DNA of 64,000 bases. Source: an uncultured bacterium (GTDB lineage: Bacteria; Patescibacteriota; Patescibacteriia; Magasanikbacterales; GWA2-37-8). The position numbers and the translations under genes were made by a program. The DNA lies in the NCBI GenBank assembly GCA_937903605.1, contig CALCZC010000016.1, positions 3,183 to 67,182 of the forward strand, read 5' to 3'. Positions 1 through 7,903 of this stretch are shown piece after piece (positions within the stretch are counted from its first letter, which is position 1; each line of letters opens with the position of its first letter). Under the pieces are notes generated by a model that made no database searches, was not told the DNA's origin, and saw only the letters and a list, made by a program, of their open reading frames with translations.

Positions 1-271
1 TAGAATGATCGATGATAAAACGGTCTGGAGATGGAATGTATTGTGCAGAAGGGCCATCATAGAATGGCAGCGGTGCATTCTGAATTACGACCGGGACGGG
101 ATGACCATTCATGTTGAAGCAATAGTATGAGTGCCTTGATCCTCCATCCCAATATGATTGTAGGTTCATAGGGTTGTCTGAGATTTCCACACGGATTTTG
201 TTGCCGTTATAATCGATGAGAGATGCGAATTTAGTGAAAATGGGTTGAGATTTATCGAGATAAATTGTCAT
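1..271 (-). CDS. hypothetical phage protein, runs off the left edge (MTIYLDKSQPIF...YWDGGSRHSYY...)
   Basis: Manual translation: ATG at 271 with GGAGG SD, ATGA overlap with the neighbouring stop, open to position 1. Confidence 0.75.
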   Translation of the reverse strand, partial: MTIYLDKSQPIFTKFASLIDYNGNKIRVEISDNPMNLQSYWDGGSRHSYYCFNMNGHPVPVVIQNAPLPFYDGPSAQYIPSPDRFIIDHS

Positions 272-552
272 TCTACTACCTCCATTTTATTTTTATATTT
301 GTTGTAAAAAGATTTGATGGTGAGATGAGATCTCTTGAGGTATTCTTTGATTTGATCCTCTAAATCTCCACCTCTACCAACGCAACGATTATGATTAATA
401 CACCACAAAGAATCCCATGAGGTATTGTTGTCTAAATAAAAAGACAGAAATAGTCTATTATTAATTCCCTTGGCGTTGCACACTTGACAGGACCAAGGAT
501 ATTTTTCGACATAAACTCGATATCTTTGCCCGCCTAATTTTATAGTTTTCAT
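268..552 (-). CDS. hypothetical Cys-containing early protein
   Basis: ORF track; start moved to MKTIKL at 552, which has an AAAGGAGG SD. Confidence 0.7.
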   Translation of the reverse strand: MKTIKLGGQRYRVYVEKYPWSCQVCNAKGINNRLFLSFYLDNNTSWDSLWCINHNRCVGRGGDLEDQIKEYLKRSHLTIKSFYNKYKNKMEVVE

Positions 553-553
553 G

Positions 554-718
554 TTACTCAACCTCCTTTCTCGATAAATAAACGTCATGACCTTTATTAA
601 TGGCGTTAAGTATAAACTTTTGAGCATCCACAAAATTAGACACCTTAGATGTTTCGCCAGAATATGAATCGGTTATTTCAATCACCTTATTAGATTTAAC
701 AGCGTCGATATTTAACAT
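554..718 (-). CDS. 54-aa hypothetical protein (MLNIDAVKSNKVIEI...)
   Basis: Manual translation; AAGGAGTGA SD; fills the gap between neighbouring genes. Confidence 0.7.
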   Translation of the reverse strand: MLNIDAVKSNKVIEITDSYSGETSKVSNFVDAQKFILNAINKGHDVYLSRKEVE

Positions 719-723
719 AATTA

Positions 724-1095
724 TCACTCCTTTTTGTCAAAATTAAAAAGACAGTCTAACGTTGTGCCAGGGCGGATGTTGCATAACTCGATAGTATAGT
801 TGTAATACTCGTGTATAGCGATGCCATGCTTATGAAGGATGGCCTTAGCGTGGTCTTCATCTTTGGCCAGTACACAGAGATTATCTAAACCATCGCCACG
901 TTCCATGTCGGACACACGGCTAAATTGGTATAACTCCCACTGTGAGATGTTTCTGACGACTTCCATGTCTGTTTGAGTATCGACATTTAATGGCTTATAA
1001 TTGACGCCGAAATACTTAGCAAATTTCTCGGCATATTCTTCTTGGCTAAACAAATGAAATGAACCATCTGGGCATAAAACTGAATATACTTGCAT
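724..1095 (-). CDS. hypothetical protein
   Basis: ORF track; start MQVYSV with AAGGAGG SD. Confidence 0.7.
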   Translation of the reverse strand: MQVYSVLCPDGSFHLFSQEEYAEKFAKYFGVNYKPLNVDTQTDMEVVRNISQWELYQFSRVSDMERGDGLDNLCVLAKDEDHAKAILHKHGIAIHEYYNYTIELCNIRPGTTLDCLFNFDKKE

Positions 1096-1096
1096 T

Positions 1097-1321
1097 TTAA
1101 ATGGCCTCCTTTTTCGTTGAATAACGAGCCGTATTTTTAATGAACTCATCGAGATCGTCTTCGTCTACGATATCGAAATCCGATAAACATGGGTCTATCG
1201 GAACGATTTCGAAGATATCCATGGCCTTTAGAAACTGATGGGCTACGTCTAACTCGACGCGAACGGTATAATAGCCTATAGACTTCATGACCATGTAATA
1301 AATCCATATCCTTCCGTTCAT
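1097..1321 (-). CDS. hypothetical protein
   Basis: ORF track; GGAGGAG SD. Confidence 0.7.
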   Translation of the reverse strand: MNGRIWIYYMVMKSIGYYTVRVELDVAHQFLKAMDIFEIVPIDPCLSDFDIVDEDDLDEFIKNTARYSTKKEAI

Positions 1322-1323
1322 AA

Positions 1324-1596
1324 TTACTCCTCCTTTAAAACGAGATTAAAAATGCGAGCATCGTCTGCCGGCTCGATATAGTCGAGACCACGATATCCGT
1401 CAACGGCTGAAGATATATTATGAAATAAGCCTGCATATAGTTGAAGAGATATGTCGTCTATATTTTTAGATAATATTATCGATTCAGTCTTTTCGAGAAT
1501 ACGCTCTATGTGCCATCGAGATAAATTTATAGATGATAAATCGGGAAACAAGTCCTTAACCACATGGCACTCTTTACGGTTTAATTCGATATTCAT
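1324..1596 (-). CDS. hypothetical protein
   Basis: ORF track; AAGGAGG SD. Confidence 0.7.
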   Translation of the reverse strand: MNIELNRKECHVVKDLFPDLSSINLSRWHIERILEKTESIILSKNIDDISLQLYAGLFHNISSAVDGYRGLDYIEPADDARIFNLVLKEE

Positions 1597-1598
1597 GG

Positions 1599-1886
1599 CT
1601 ATTCCTCCTTTAAGTATTCGGCTCTTTCTTGGAGCCAGTAATATTGTTCTTCTGATAACGGCCCGTCTTTTGGGACGTTAAAAGTGTTATTATAGAACCA
1701 ATAATGAGCACTTATATAATATGCGTCTTTACCCCTTACCTTCAAAATGCGATAGTCTGGACGGTCATACTCTCCATGACGAAGTGTATAGTTGCCGCCC
1801 TGTTGATAACGGATGATGTTATTTTTGTCTTTAAAAGATGTAAAGCCAGCATCTCTTAGAAGTTGCTGGAGATATTGTTTTTTCAT
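1599..1886 (-). CDS. hypothetical protein
   Basis: ORF track; start MKKQYL at 1886 with AAGGAGG SD. Confidence 0.7.
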   Translation of the reverse strand: MKKQYLQQLLRDAGFTSFKDKNNIIRYQQGGNYTLRHGEYDRPDYRILKVRGKDAYYISAHYWFYNNTFNVPKDGPLSEEQYYWLQERAEYLKEE

Positions 1887-1909
1887 AAATGCCCTCCTTA
1901 AAATTAAAA

Positions 1910-1937
1910 ACCGCCACCACATTATTGTGATGACGGT
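1910..1937 (-). promoter_or_regulatory. leader hairpin copy 1 (terminator or RNA-processing stem)
   Basis: ACCGUCAUCACA-AUAA-UGUGGUGGCGGU: 12 bp with 2 G-U pairs on the minus strand, followed by UUUU and then an SD. Confidence 0.65.
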
Positions 1938-1942
1938 CTATG

Positions 1943-2080
1943 TTATTTTATAGCCTTAATCGCAGCGGCTAAATAGTCAGCAAAATTAGACGGTGCAGAT
2001 TTAACCGTCTTGACCTTGGTGGGTTTAGGTCTATAAGGCTGGTCAATTGCCTTAATGACCTGGGATATGGGTTTAATCAT
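1943..2080 (-). CDS. 45-aa basic hypothetical protein (MIKPISQVIKAIDQPY...)
   Basis: Manual translation; ATGA overlap with the upstream gene. Confidence 0.55.
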   Translation of the reverse strand: MIKPISQVIKAIDQPYRPKPTKVKTVKSAPSNFADYLAAAIKAIK

Positions 2081-2298
2081 TCTTCGACCTTTATAACCCG
2101 AATCTCTTTCGAGAAAGGGTTGAAGTCAGCCTTTATAAAGGCAGTCTGATTGATAAGACGTTTGGCCATAGAAAGAATGGTCCTGTCTGTCGATTTTAAT
2201 GACATGGCACAGCCAGGGTCAGTCATGTCGTGCCACTGCTCGATTATGAAAGAGTCTTTTGATACATAAGTAATTTCGGCCTTGATGTTGATTAACAT
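2077..2298 (-). CDS. hypothetical protein
   Basis: ORF track; tandemly duplicated AGGAGGCAATT SD. Confidence 0.7.
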   Translation of the reverse strand: MLINIKAEITYVSKDSFIIEQWHDMTDPGCAMSLKSTDRTILSMAKRLINQTAFIKADFNPFSKEIRVIKVEE

Positions 2299-2318
2299 AA
2301 TTGCCTCCTAATTGCCTC

Positions 2319-2603
2319 CTAGAATTTTATCGGAACGTTATATTTGCAGTTGTCGCGGTGGCACGACGATAGGAGTCCCATCGGAAAGCACATTCCGCAG
2401 GGTTTGTCGCGTTCGGGCGCGATATACTGTTTTACACCGGCCCTGTCGTTGTAGAATACATGGTATGTATTCCACTCCGCGTCAAATTCTGTCCCGACAG
2501 TTATGTCAGGAGGGACAATCATTAGCAGACAGTTTTCAATGATACGTGCTTGGTTGCGCGTCTCAAACATTTTTGACAGTTTGATATCGGTTGTAGTCTT
2601 CAT
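2319..2603 (-). CDS. hypothetical protein with C-terminal CxxC...CH..C motif
   Basis: ORF track; AGGAGG SD. Confidence 0.7.
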   Translation of the reverse strand: MKTTTDIKLSKMFETRNQARIIENCLLMIVPPDITVGTEFDAEWNTYHVFYNDRAGVKQYIAPERDKPCGMCFPMGLLSSCHRDNCKYNVPIKF

Positions 2604-2642
2604 AATTACCTCCTAAGTTTAAAGACATTTCGGTCTATTGGA

Positions 2643-2897
2643 TTAATTGTTTTTAACGAGTCTAACAAGTCCCACAGCGCGAGGGCCATATCCAAGGTCG
2701 GGGAACATGTTATTTAATCTGCACGGTGATGTCCTGACGGTCAGGTCTCCGTTGGTTTTGATTTTAGTCTCAAGGATCAAACGAGCCAGAAGTGTCTCGT
2801 CTAATCCTAACTTGTGGACTGATACATAATCGCCCGTCTGATATGCAGTCCATAACATATTAAAAGCGTTATTCAGTTTGCGTCCAGCGTCTGTCAT
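2643..2897 (-). CDS. hypothetical protein
   Basis: ORF track; start MTDAG at 2897 with AGGAGG SD. Confidence 0.7.
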   Translation of the reverse strand: MTDAGRKLNNAFNMLWTAYQTGDYVSVHKLGLDETLLARLILETKIKTNGDLTVRTSPCRLNNMFPDLGYGPRAVGLVRLVKNN

Positions 2898-2930
2898 AAA
2901 ATGCCTCCTATTTATTTTTGATATTAAAAT

Positions 2931-2960
2931 GACCGCCACTACATTTCTGTAATGACGGTC
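2931..2960 (-). promoter_or_regulatory. leader hairpin copy 2 (GAAA tetraloop)
   Basis: GACCGUCAUUACA-GAAA-UGUAGUGGCGGUC: 13 bp with 2 G-U pairs; homologous to 1910-1937. Confidence 0.65.
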
Positions 2961-3740
2961 TCAAAAGAAAATATAAATCGGTATTTTATCTGTCTGTATC
3001 AATTGCCGATATACCAAAAGATACACGATACACTATTGTATCAACAATCGGATATGCAATTCATAGGTTGCCAGCCGTCTTCGCATACCGTCTATTACTA
3101 TTCAGGCAGCAAGGCCCGTCTATCGTCTTCGATTGGTCATTCCAATCCGACCAATAGCCGTCTATGCTAACCGTCGAGCCACATCTATTGTGGACTTCCC
3201 CATCTATCTTAAAACTGCAATGCAGCAATGATAGAATTATATCGTCTAGTTCCTGTAAGGGCGCAAGCGTATCAACCAGGCGGATTACTCAGCCGTCCAG
3301 CGGATCGTACAAGCTCGACGATACAACACGGAAAATATATCGAGGTCAATCATCGTGAGTTGGTTTAACACGGTGATATATTTTCCGTTCGCTTGCTTGT
3401 GTGTTTTATTTTTTTTTTTACACAAACTTACTTGCAACACAAACTAATACCCATTAGGTATTGTTTGTTTGCTTATTTCGCGCCCGTCTCTTATTGGCCC
3501 ATTTTTTCACTGCACCTGAGCTTTATCGCCCTGTTACAAGCCGCTTGTGGTAACCATAGTGGTTAGCACTAAGCGGGTCGTAACCCTCATTGCAACGCCC
3601 CTTATAATCGAGGTAGGCCAGTCGGCCGACTGGCTATATAAAAAAGCTACTGGCCTAATAACTTTGCGTCCCATCCGGCCTTGATGGAACGCCTATTTTA
3701 CGCCGCCCGCCCCGTTACAAGCGGGCCGGCGTGATATTGG
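2961..3740 (-). ncRNA. candidate large (~780 nt) highly structured non-coding RNA
   Basis: No credible ORF in a gene-dense operon; about 10 helices (3700-3732, 3666-3692, 3614-3657, 3533-3584, 3446-3462, 3328-3341/3375-3388, 3235-3248/3313-3326, 3132-3155, 3027-3042); several mismatches become G-U pairs only on the minus strand. Confidence 0.7.
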
Positions 3741-3744
3741 TTTT

Positions 3745-4056
3745 TTAGGCGTCAAATTTGACGCCGTCACGGGCGATATAGCTCGGATCCGTCAGGTAAC
3801 GGATTAACCTCGTCCGTGTTGTCTGTTTTCCGGCTTTGTTTGCCGCTTTAATAGCGGCGTTGTTTTCTGCGATGGAGATTTTCAGCTCGGCCCCTGCTAA
3901 GACCTCGTTAATCTCGAGACCGAAGGCCCGTTTGAAAAAATAACTCATGGAGGGCGCGCCCATTAATACGCCCTCTCTTGCTGCTGATACAGTAATCCCA
4001 GATGTCTTTAATTCTGTGATTAACCCCACGACCCTTGCTAATTCTGCTTTTTTCAT
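3745..4056 (-). CDS. hypothetical basic protein, first gene after a consensus promoter
   Basis: ORF track; AAGGTGG SD; directly downstream of the promoter at 4110-4138. Confidence 0.75.
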   Translation of the reverse strand: MKKAELARVVGLITELKTSGITVSAAREGVLMGAPSMSYFFKRAFGLEINEVLAGAELKISIAENNAAIKAANKAGKQTTRTRLIRYLTDPSYIARDGVKFDA

Positions 4057-4109
4057 ATTGTTTCCACCTTTGCTTTTAATTTCAACGGTTTTGCCCCGCT
4101 GATATCTTA

Positions 4110-4138
4110 ATTATACCATATACCCATTTTATTGTCAA
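4110..4138 (-). promoter_or_regulatory. perfect sigma70/sigmaA promoter
   Basis: TTGACA-17 nt-TATAAT with extended -10 TG and an AT-rich upstream tract. Confidence 0.85.
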
Positions 4139-4568
4139 GTTATTTTTTTAATCATGAAACATATTGATTTTATTGCCATTTTCGGCATATTTTATTAATC
4201 AATTTTAAGTTTTTTTTTAAATATCTTTAAAAATTTAACACGATTTATTGACAACAAATAAATTTTATTGCAATTCAATTAATACTTTACATGATTAATA
4301 AATAAATAATTTATGATCCTGATATTATAATCCAGGCGCGGCATATCACAATATAATATATTAGCGTTATTGGAGATTGCAGTAGAATGAGCGTGTTTCA
4401 GACAGGGGAGTTTGTAATAGGCTGATTTTGCAGGGCAAGACGGGGGCTTAACAGTTCATCTTTACACGTGGCCCTCTTTTTCGAACCACCCTATCCGATA
4501 ATATTCCTTGCATATGCCCACACTTTCATTATCTCCCTACAGCCATAAACGTTTTGCCACATTTATCG

Positions 4569-4735
4569 CAATAACACATCTATAAAAGTGCATGAAATGA
4601 TGCAGTGTTATTGTCTATAAATTATACTCAAAATATAAAAGTGCATGAAATCATGCACATGTATATATAGTATATGTTGCAAATTGCAACATCGACATTG
4701 CAAAATGCAACATAATACAGTTACATAATGTAACG
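4569..4735. repeat. cluster of palindromes and a direct repeat (operator- or end-processing-like)
   Basis: TATAAAAGTGCATGAAAT[G/C]ATGCA at 4581 and 4634; palindromes GTGCATGAAATCATGCAC, ATGTTGCAAATTGCAACAT, TTGCAAAATGCAA, GTTACATAATGTAAC. Confidence 0.6.
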
Positions 4736-4779
4736 CAGAATCTTCTAAATTATCTAAACTCTTAAAATATGCATGTGGT

Positions 4780-5128
4780 AATTATCGTTTATCTTACCGA
4801 AACATTAATAAAGCGCAGCGTATTAATGTTGAGGTATAGTAAACGATAATTGGGGTCGATATAGGGAGGTTATGGAAGATAGGCAACGCCATAGGTAAAT
4901 GGCAGGAAATAGCGTTATAATAGCGTTAATAAGGCCATAAATAAGGTAATGTAAGTATATTGAATAGTAACTGAATAGGAAGTGTATAGGTAAAAGAAAA
5001 GATGCTTAGAAATAGAAAATAGCCCTGTAAGGAGCGTAACAGAGCTATCTTCTTAGGAGGCAATCACCGTAAACAACAACCGAGAGGAAAGATGAATCTT
5101 AGGAGAAAACTAGATCTTCATCGAATCA
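4780..5128 (-). ncRNA. candidate small RNA with multiple anti-Shine-Dalgarno motifs
   Basis: Downstream of the promoter at 5135-5163; no ORF; pyrimidine-rich; UUCUCCU, GCCUCCU, GCUCCUU and ACCUCCC motifs; stem 5016-5051 with G-U pairs on the minus strand; long hairpin 4780-4851 may mark the 3' end. Confidence 0.55.
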
Positions 5129-5134
5129 ATTCTA

Positions 5135-5163
5135 ATCATAACATATAAAATTAGATATGTCAA
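5135..5163 (-). promoter_or_regulatory. sigmaA-type promoter firing into the non-coding region
   Basis: TTGACA-17 nt-TATGAT with extended -10 TG. Confidence 0.75.
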
Positions 5164-5191
5164 CAGTGATTAAAAAATAGACAAAGTTATT

Positions 5192-5443
5192 TTATTCTCC
5201 ATTGCTATTAATATAGATTACTTTTATCTCTTCGCAGGATATAATTAGCTCTCCGCCTTTGCCATCTATAAATATTCCTAAACCTGGACTAAGAGTTTCG
5301 CAGAATTTAAAATGCCATGTATCGTAGCCATCGTTATATAATAATGAATGATGATCGTTGACAGAATCAAGTTCTTCTTCTGTCTTTGCTGCTATAAAAG
5401 TTTGGATTCTATCTATTGTAACTGATAATTGATCTTTAGTCAT
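5192..5443 (-). CDS. hypothetical protein
   Basis: ORF track; AAGGAG SD. Confidence 0.7.
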   Translation of the reverse strand: MTKDQLSVTIDRIQTFIAAKTEEELDSVNDHHSLLYNDGYDTWHFKFCETLSPGLGIFIDGKGGELIISCEEIKVIYINSNGE

Positions 5444-5445
5444 AA

Positions 5446-6012
5446 TTACTCCTTCATCAATGTAATGGTTTTGGGCTGTGGTTGGCTGGGAATAAACCTT
5501 ATATTTATCTCAGACACCGTGCGAGTATATCTTTCGGATGGAAGAGAATCAAACAAAATAACCCAACTTGTGTTATCCCTATTTAATTCCATGCTCGCCA
5601 TCATCTCGACAATACCTTCTCTTAAATTATTTGCCGCCTCAATAGCAGCATCTTCTTGAAGTCTATTGATAAGTTCGAACTCACGTAAAACCATATTCTC
5701 AAAACTTCCAATTTTCTGAAATATACTGCCCCGAGTAGAAAATAATTGAATAACTCCTAAAACTGTTTCATCTCTTTTATACCCAGTATAGGCATACTTC
5801 TTACTATTATCTGGACACTTATACTCCCAATTATAATATTTAGGTATAGAATCGGATTCCATTTCATTTTCTTCAATCTCCAGATACTTACAGATATAGA
5901 GATGATAGCAATATGGGTTAAAGGCAAGGAATATATCCATATAATTCAATTTGGAGTAAATAGTTTGAAAAAACATATTCGCGTTCGTTTTAATCTTTTC
6001 TTTAAAATCCAT
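5446..6012 (-). CDS. hypothetical protein
   Basis: ORF track; AAGGAG SD. Confidence 0.7.
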   Translation of the reverse strand: MDFKEKIKTNANMFFQTIYSKLNYMDIFLAFNPYCYHLYICKYLEIEENEMESDSIPKYYNWEYKCPDNSKKYAYTGYKRDETVLGVIQLFSTRGSIFQKIGSFENMVLREFELINRLQEDAAIEAANNLREGIVEMMASMELNRDNTSWVILFDSLPSERYTRTVSEINIRFIPSQPQPKTITLMKE

Positions 6013-6029
6013 TTAAAATACTCCTTTAT

Positions 6030-6401
6030 CTATTTCATTTTCTTTCTATTGACATCTAATAACTTCTTTAACCCTGCCTTAGTTAACCCTTGATTTAATA
6101 CATTGCCTGGGAGAGGTGTTGAATAATAGCTGACCCACTCCCCTCTTTCTGAATTATTAACTGATATATGCAAAGATATAAACTCAGGGCTTATATTTAA
6201 AAATACTATATCTGCTATGGACTCGCTATCTCTGAAGTTTTTCGGCAATAACTTTTCGGAATCTTCAACATATTCAAATCTAACTCCTAATTCTTGTAAT
6301 AGTTCGATTCGTTCAAGAACATTAAATAAAAGAATGTTTTCAAGCGTATGCGCTGATTTTCTAAGATGTTGCAGCAATTTAAGCATTTCTATTGTGTGCA
6401 T
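6030..6401 (-). CDS. hypothetical protein
   Basis: ORF track; AAGGA SD. Confidence 0.65.
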   Translation of the reverse strand: MHTIEMLKLLQHLRKSAHTLENILLFNVLERIELLQELGVRFEYVEDSEKLLPKNFRDSESIADIVFLNISPEFISLHISVNNSERGEWVSYYSTPLPGNVLNQGLTKAGLKKLLDVNRKKMK

Positions 6402-6636
6402 TATTTTTCCTTTCGTAATACTTATTTAATTTAAACAGCTTTTTAATTGGTAGTTTGTTAAGATAATTTAGATCGATGTTGTTATTAAAAGATGCTATAT
6501 TCTGTATTAATTCCTGTTTCTTATTGCCTTTTACATTATCGTTGATATATTTAAGTCTTTTAAATGCTGCGTTAAAGTATTCTCTAAACTTGGGGTCTTC
6601 TAAGTTGCTTTTAAGATATTCATCAAAATCAATCAC
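6379..6636 (-). CDS. hypothetical protein
   Basis: ORF track; GTG start with GGAGGT SD. Confidence 0.65.
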   Translation of the reverse strand: MIDFDEYLKSNLEDPKFREYFNAAFKRLKYINDNVKGNKKQELIQNIASFNNNIDLNYLNKLPIKKLFKLNKYYERKNNAHNRNA

Positions 6637-6638
6637 AA

Positions 6639-6839
6639 TTATACCTCCACATTCTCAGGTGGCTCTATATGCTTTGATGGCATACAATGATCGGGTAATG
6701 GGCATTTTTCCCCAATTCCTTTATGAATATCTATTTGTTCATTAGTTTTTGAACATTTGTGATTAAACTGATATCCAATACTAAAGTAAGCAAATGGACA
6801 ATCTCCACATTTTTCAACTATCATCTCAAGTTTCTTCAT
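6639..6839 (-). CDS. small Cys-rich phage protein (CxxCP...C...CPL)
   Basis: ORF track; AAGGAG SD. Confidence 0.7.
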   Translation of the reverse strand: MKKLEMIVEKCGDCPFAYFSIGYQFNHKCSKTNEQIDIHKGIGEKCPLPDHCMPSKHIEPPENVEV

Positions 6840-6848
6840 ATTTGCTCC

Positions 6849-7031
6849 TTAAAACTTTTTAATGGCCTCGTTTAATATTTCTTTGTAGTCTTCGTATAGT
6901 GCCTTATATAGTTCCTTCATCATCTTAAGTTCTGCCATTGCCCTTGCCGGCGTTATTGATCTGCCTTCTTTGGCATATATAAACTCTTCTATTTTATCTG
7001 CACATGAATCAAATACCTCAGTTGTTTTCAT
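6849..7031 (-). CDS. hypothetical protein
   Basis: ORF track; AAGGAG SD. Confidence 0.65.
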   Translation of the reverse strand: MKTTEVFDSCADKIEEFIYAKEGRSITPARAMAELKMMKELYKALYEDYKEILNEAIKKF

Positions 7032-7033
7032 GT

Positions 7034-7252
7034 TTACTCCTTATCATTTAACCAATTAGTAAACGCTGCTTTAAATTGACATATGCAGTCAGCATATAGA
7101 AAATCATGATTATAATGAGCGTCTTCATTTCTACAATCTTTAATCCCTGCTACAAACATTTCTGGGTTAAAGTGACATGTTTCGCCGTAAGGGATAGACA
7201 TAAATTTATTGCACGCCACCTCACAACAAGCGTCTTTCCAAGTTCTATTCAT
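7034..7252 (-). CDS. Cys-rich hypothetical protein
   Basis: ORF track; GAGGAGG SD. Confidence 0.65.
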   Translation of the reverse strand: MNRTWKDACCEVACNKFMSIPYGETCHFNPEMFVAGIKDCRNEDAHYNHDFLYADCICQFKAAFTNWLNDKE

Positions 7253-7451
7253 CGTGGGCCTCCTCGGCGATAGGCTCTAACTTATGCAATTTATGAATAC
7301 GATCGCCATAACATCCCGATAATTTATTGCCACACATCGGGCAATAGAGAGTTCCTGGAGAATTAAGATGTTGCCCACCGTAGTCGCTAAATGTTCCGTG
7401 AAATTTAGATTTACATGCTTGACATCTAAAATTGGTCGTATATACTTTCAT
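7245..7451 (-). CDS. zinc-ribbon protein (CQAC...CPMC)
   Basis: ORF track; two CxxC motifs. Confidence 0.65.
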   Translation of the reverse strand: MKVYTTNFRCQACKSKFHGTFSDYGGQHLNSPGTLYCPMCGNKLSGCYGDRIHKLHKLEPIAEEAHDE

Positions 7452-7828
7452 TTCCCCTCCTCGCTTTCTCTGCGCTGGCCCGCAGAACAGAAACTCAACA
7501 AATCAACTTCGCCAATGGCCGAATATTTAATTTCTTCATCACAGGCGCCGTCGTTCCAAATACAATCTTTGCAATAAACAACCTCCGGCCTCTTTTCCAG
7601 CTCGGCTTTGAGGCGGGAGATTTCATGTTTGTAGTATATTATTTCGTTGTTCAATGCACCGAAAGTTTCGGCAAGTCCAGAATTGGCTTTTTCTAACCGC
7701 TCAATCTCTGCGTCAATCTGCTCTACTGCCTTGGCAACTTTTTCTTGTATTGGCTTTCCGTCATCCACCTCATAATATCCATATAACAAATGTAAATATT
7801 TTTTAATTATCTCAAGGTCTTTGTTCAT
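7448..7828 (-). CDS. coiled-coil protein with C-terminal VVxCKDC...FCS motif
   Basis: ORF track; motif common in small phage proteins; AGGAG SD. Confidence 0.7.
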   Translation of the reverse strand: MNKDLEIIKKYLHLLYGYYEVDDGKPIQEKVAKAVEQIDAEIERLEKANSGLAETFGALNNEIIYYKHEISRLKAELEKRPEVVYCKDCIWNDGACDEEIKYSAIGEVDLLSFCSAGQRRESEEGK

Positions 7829-7903
7829 TTATATAGCTCCTCATATATCCATTTATGCTCGGATAGCTTGGCATTCTCTTTTTATTCTTTTATTATCTTT
7901 GTT

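Noticed and set aside
2952-3358. Plus-strand ORFs 2952-3170 and 3164-3358
   Set aside because: No SD, antisense to the operon, and they lie over the structured RNA.
4581-4657. Two 24-bp repeats with a 29-nt spacer as a mini-CRISPR array
   Set aside because: Only two copies, no typical repeat end and no cas genes in the window; fits the local palindrome cluster better.
4872-4898. Plus-strand mini-ORF MEDRQRHR after GGAGG
   Set aside because: SD spacing of only 2 nt and no clear plus-strand promoter.
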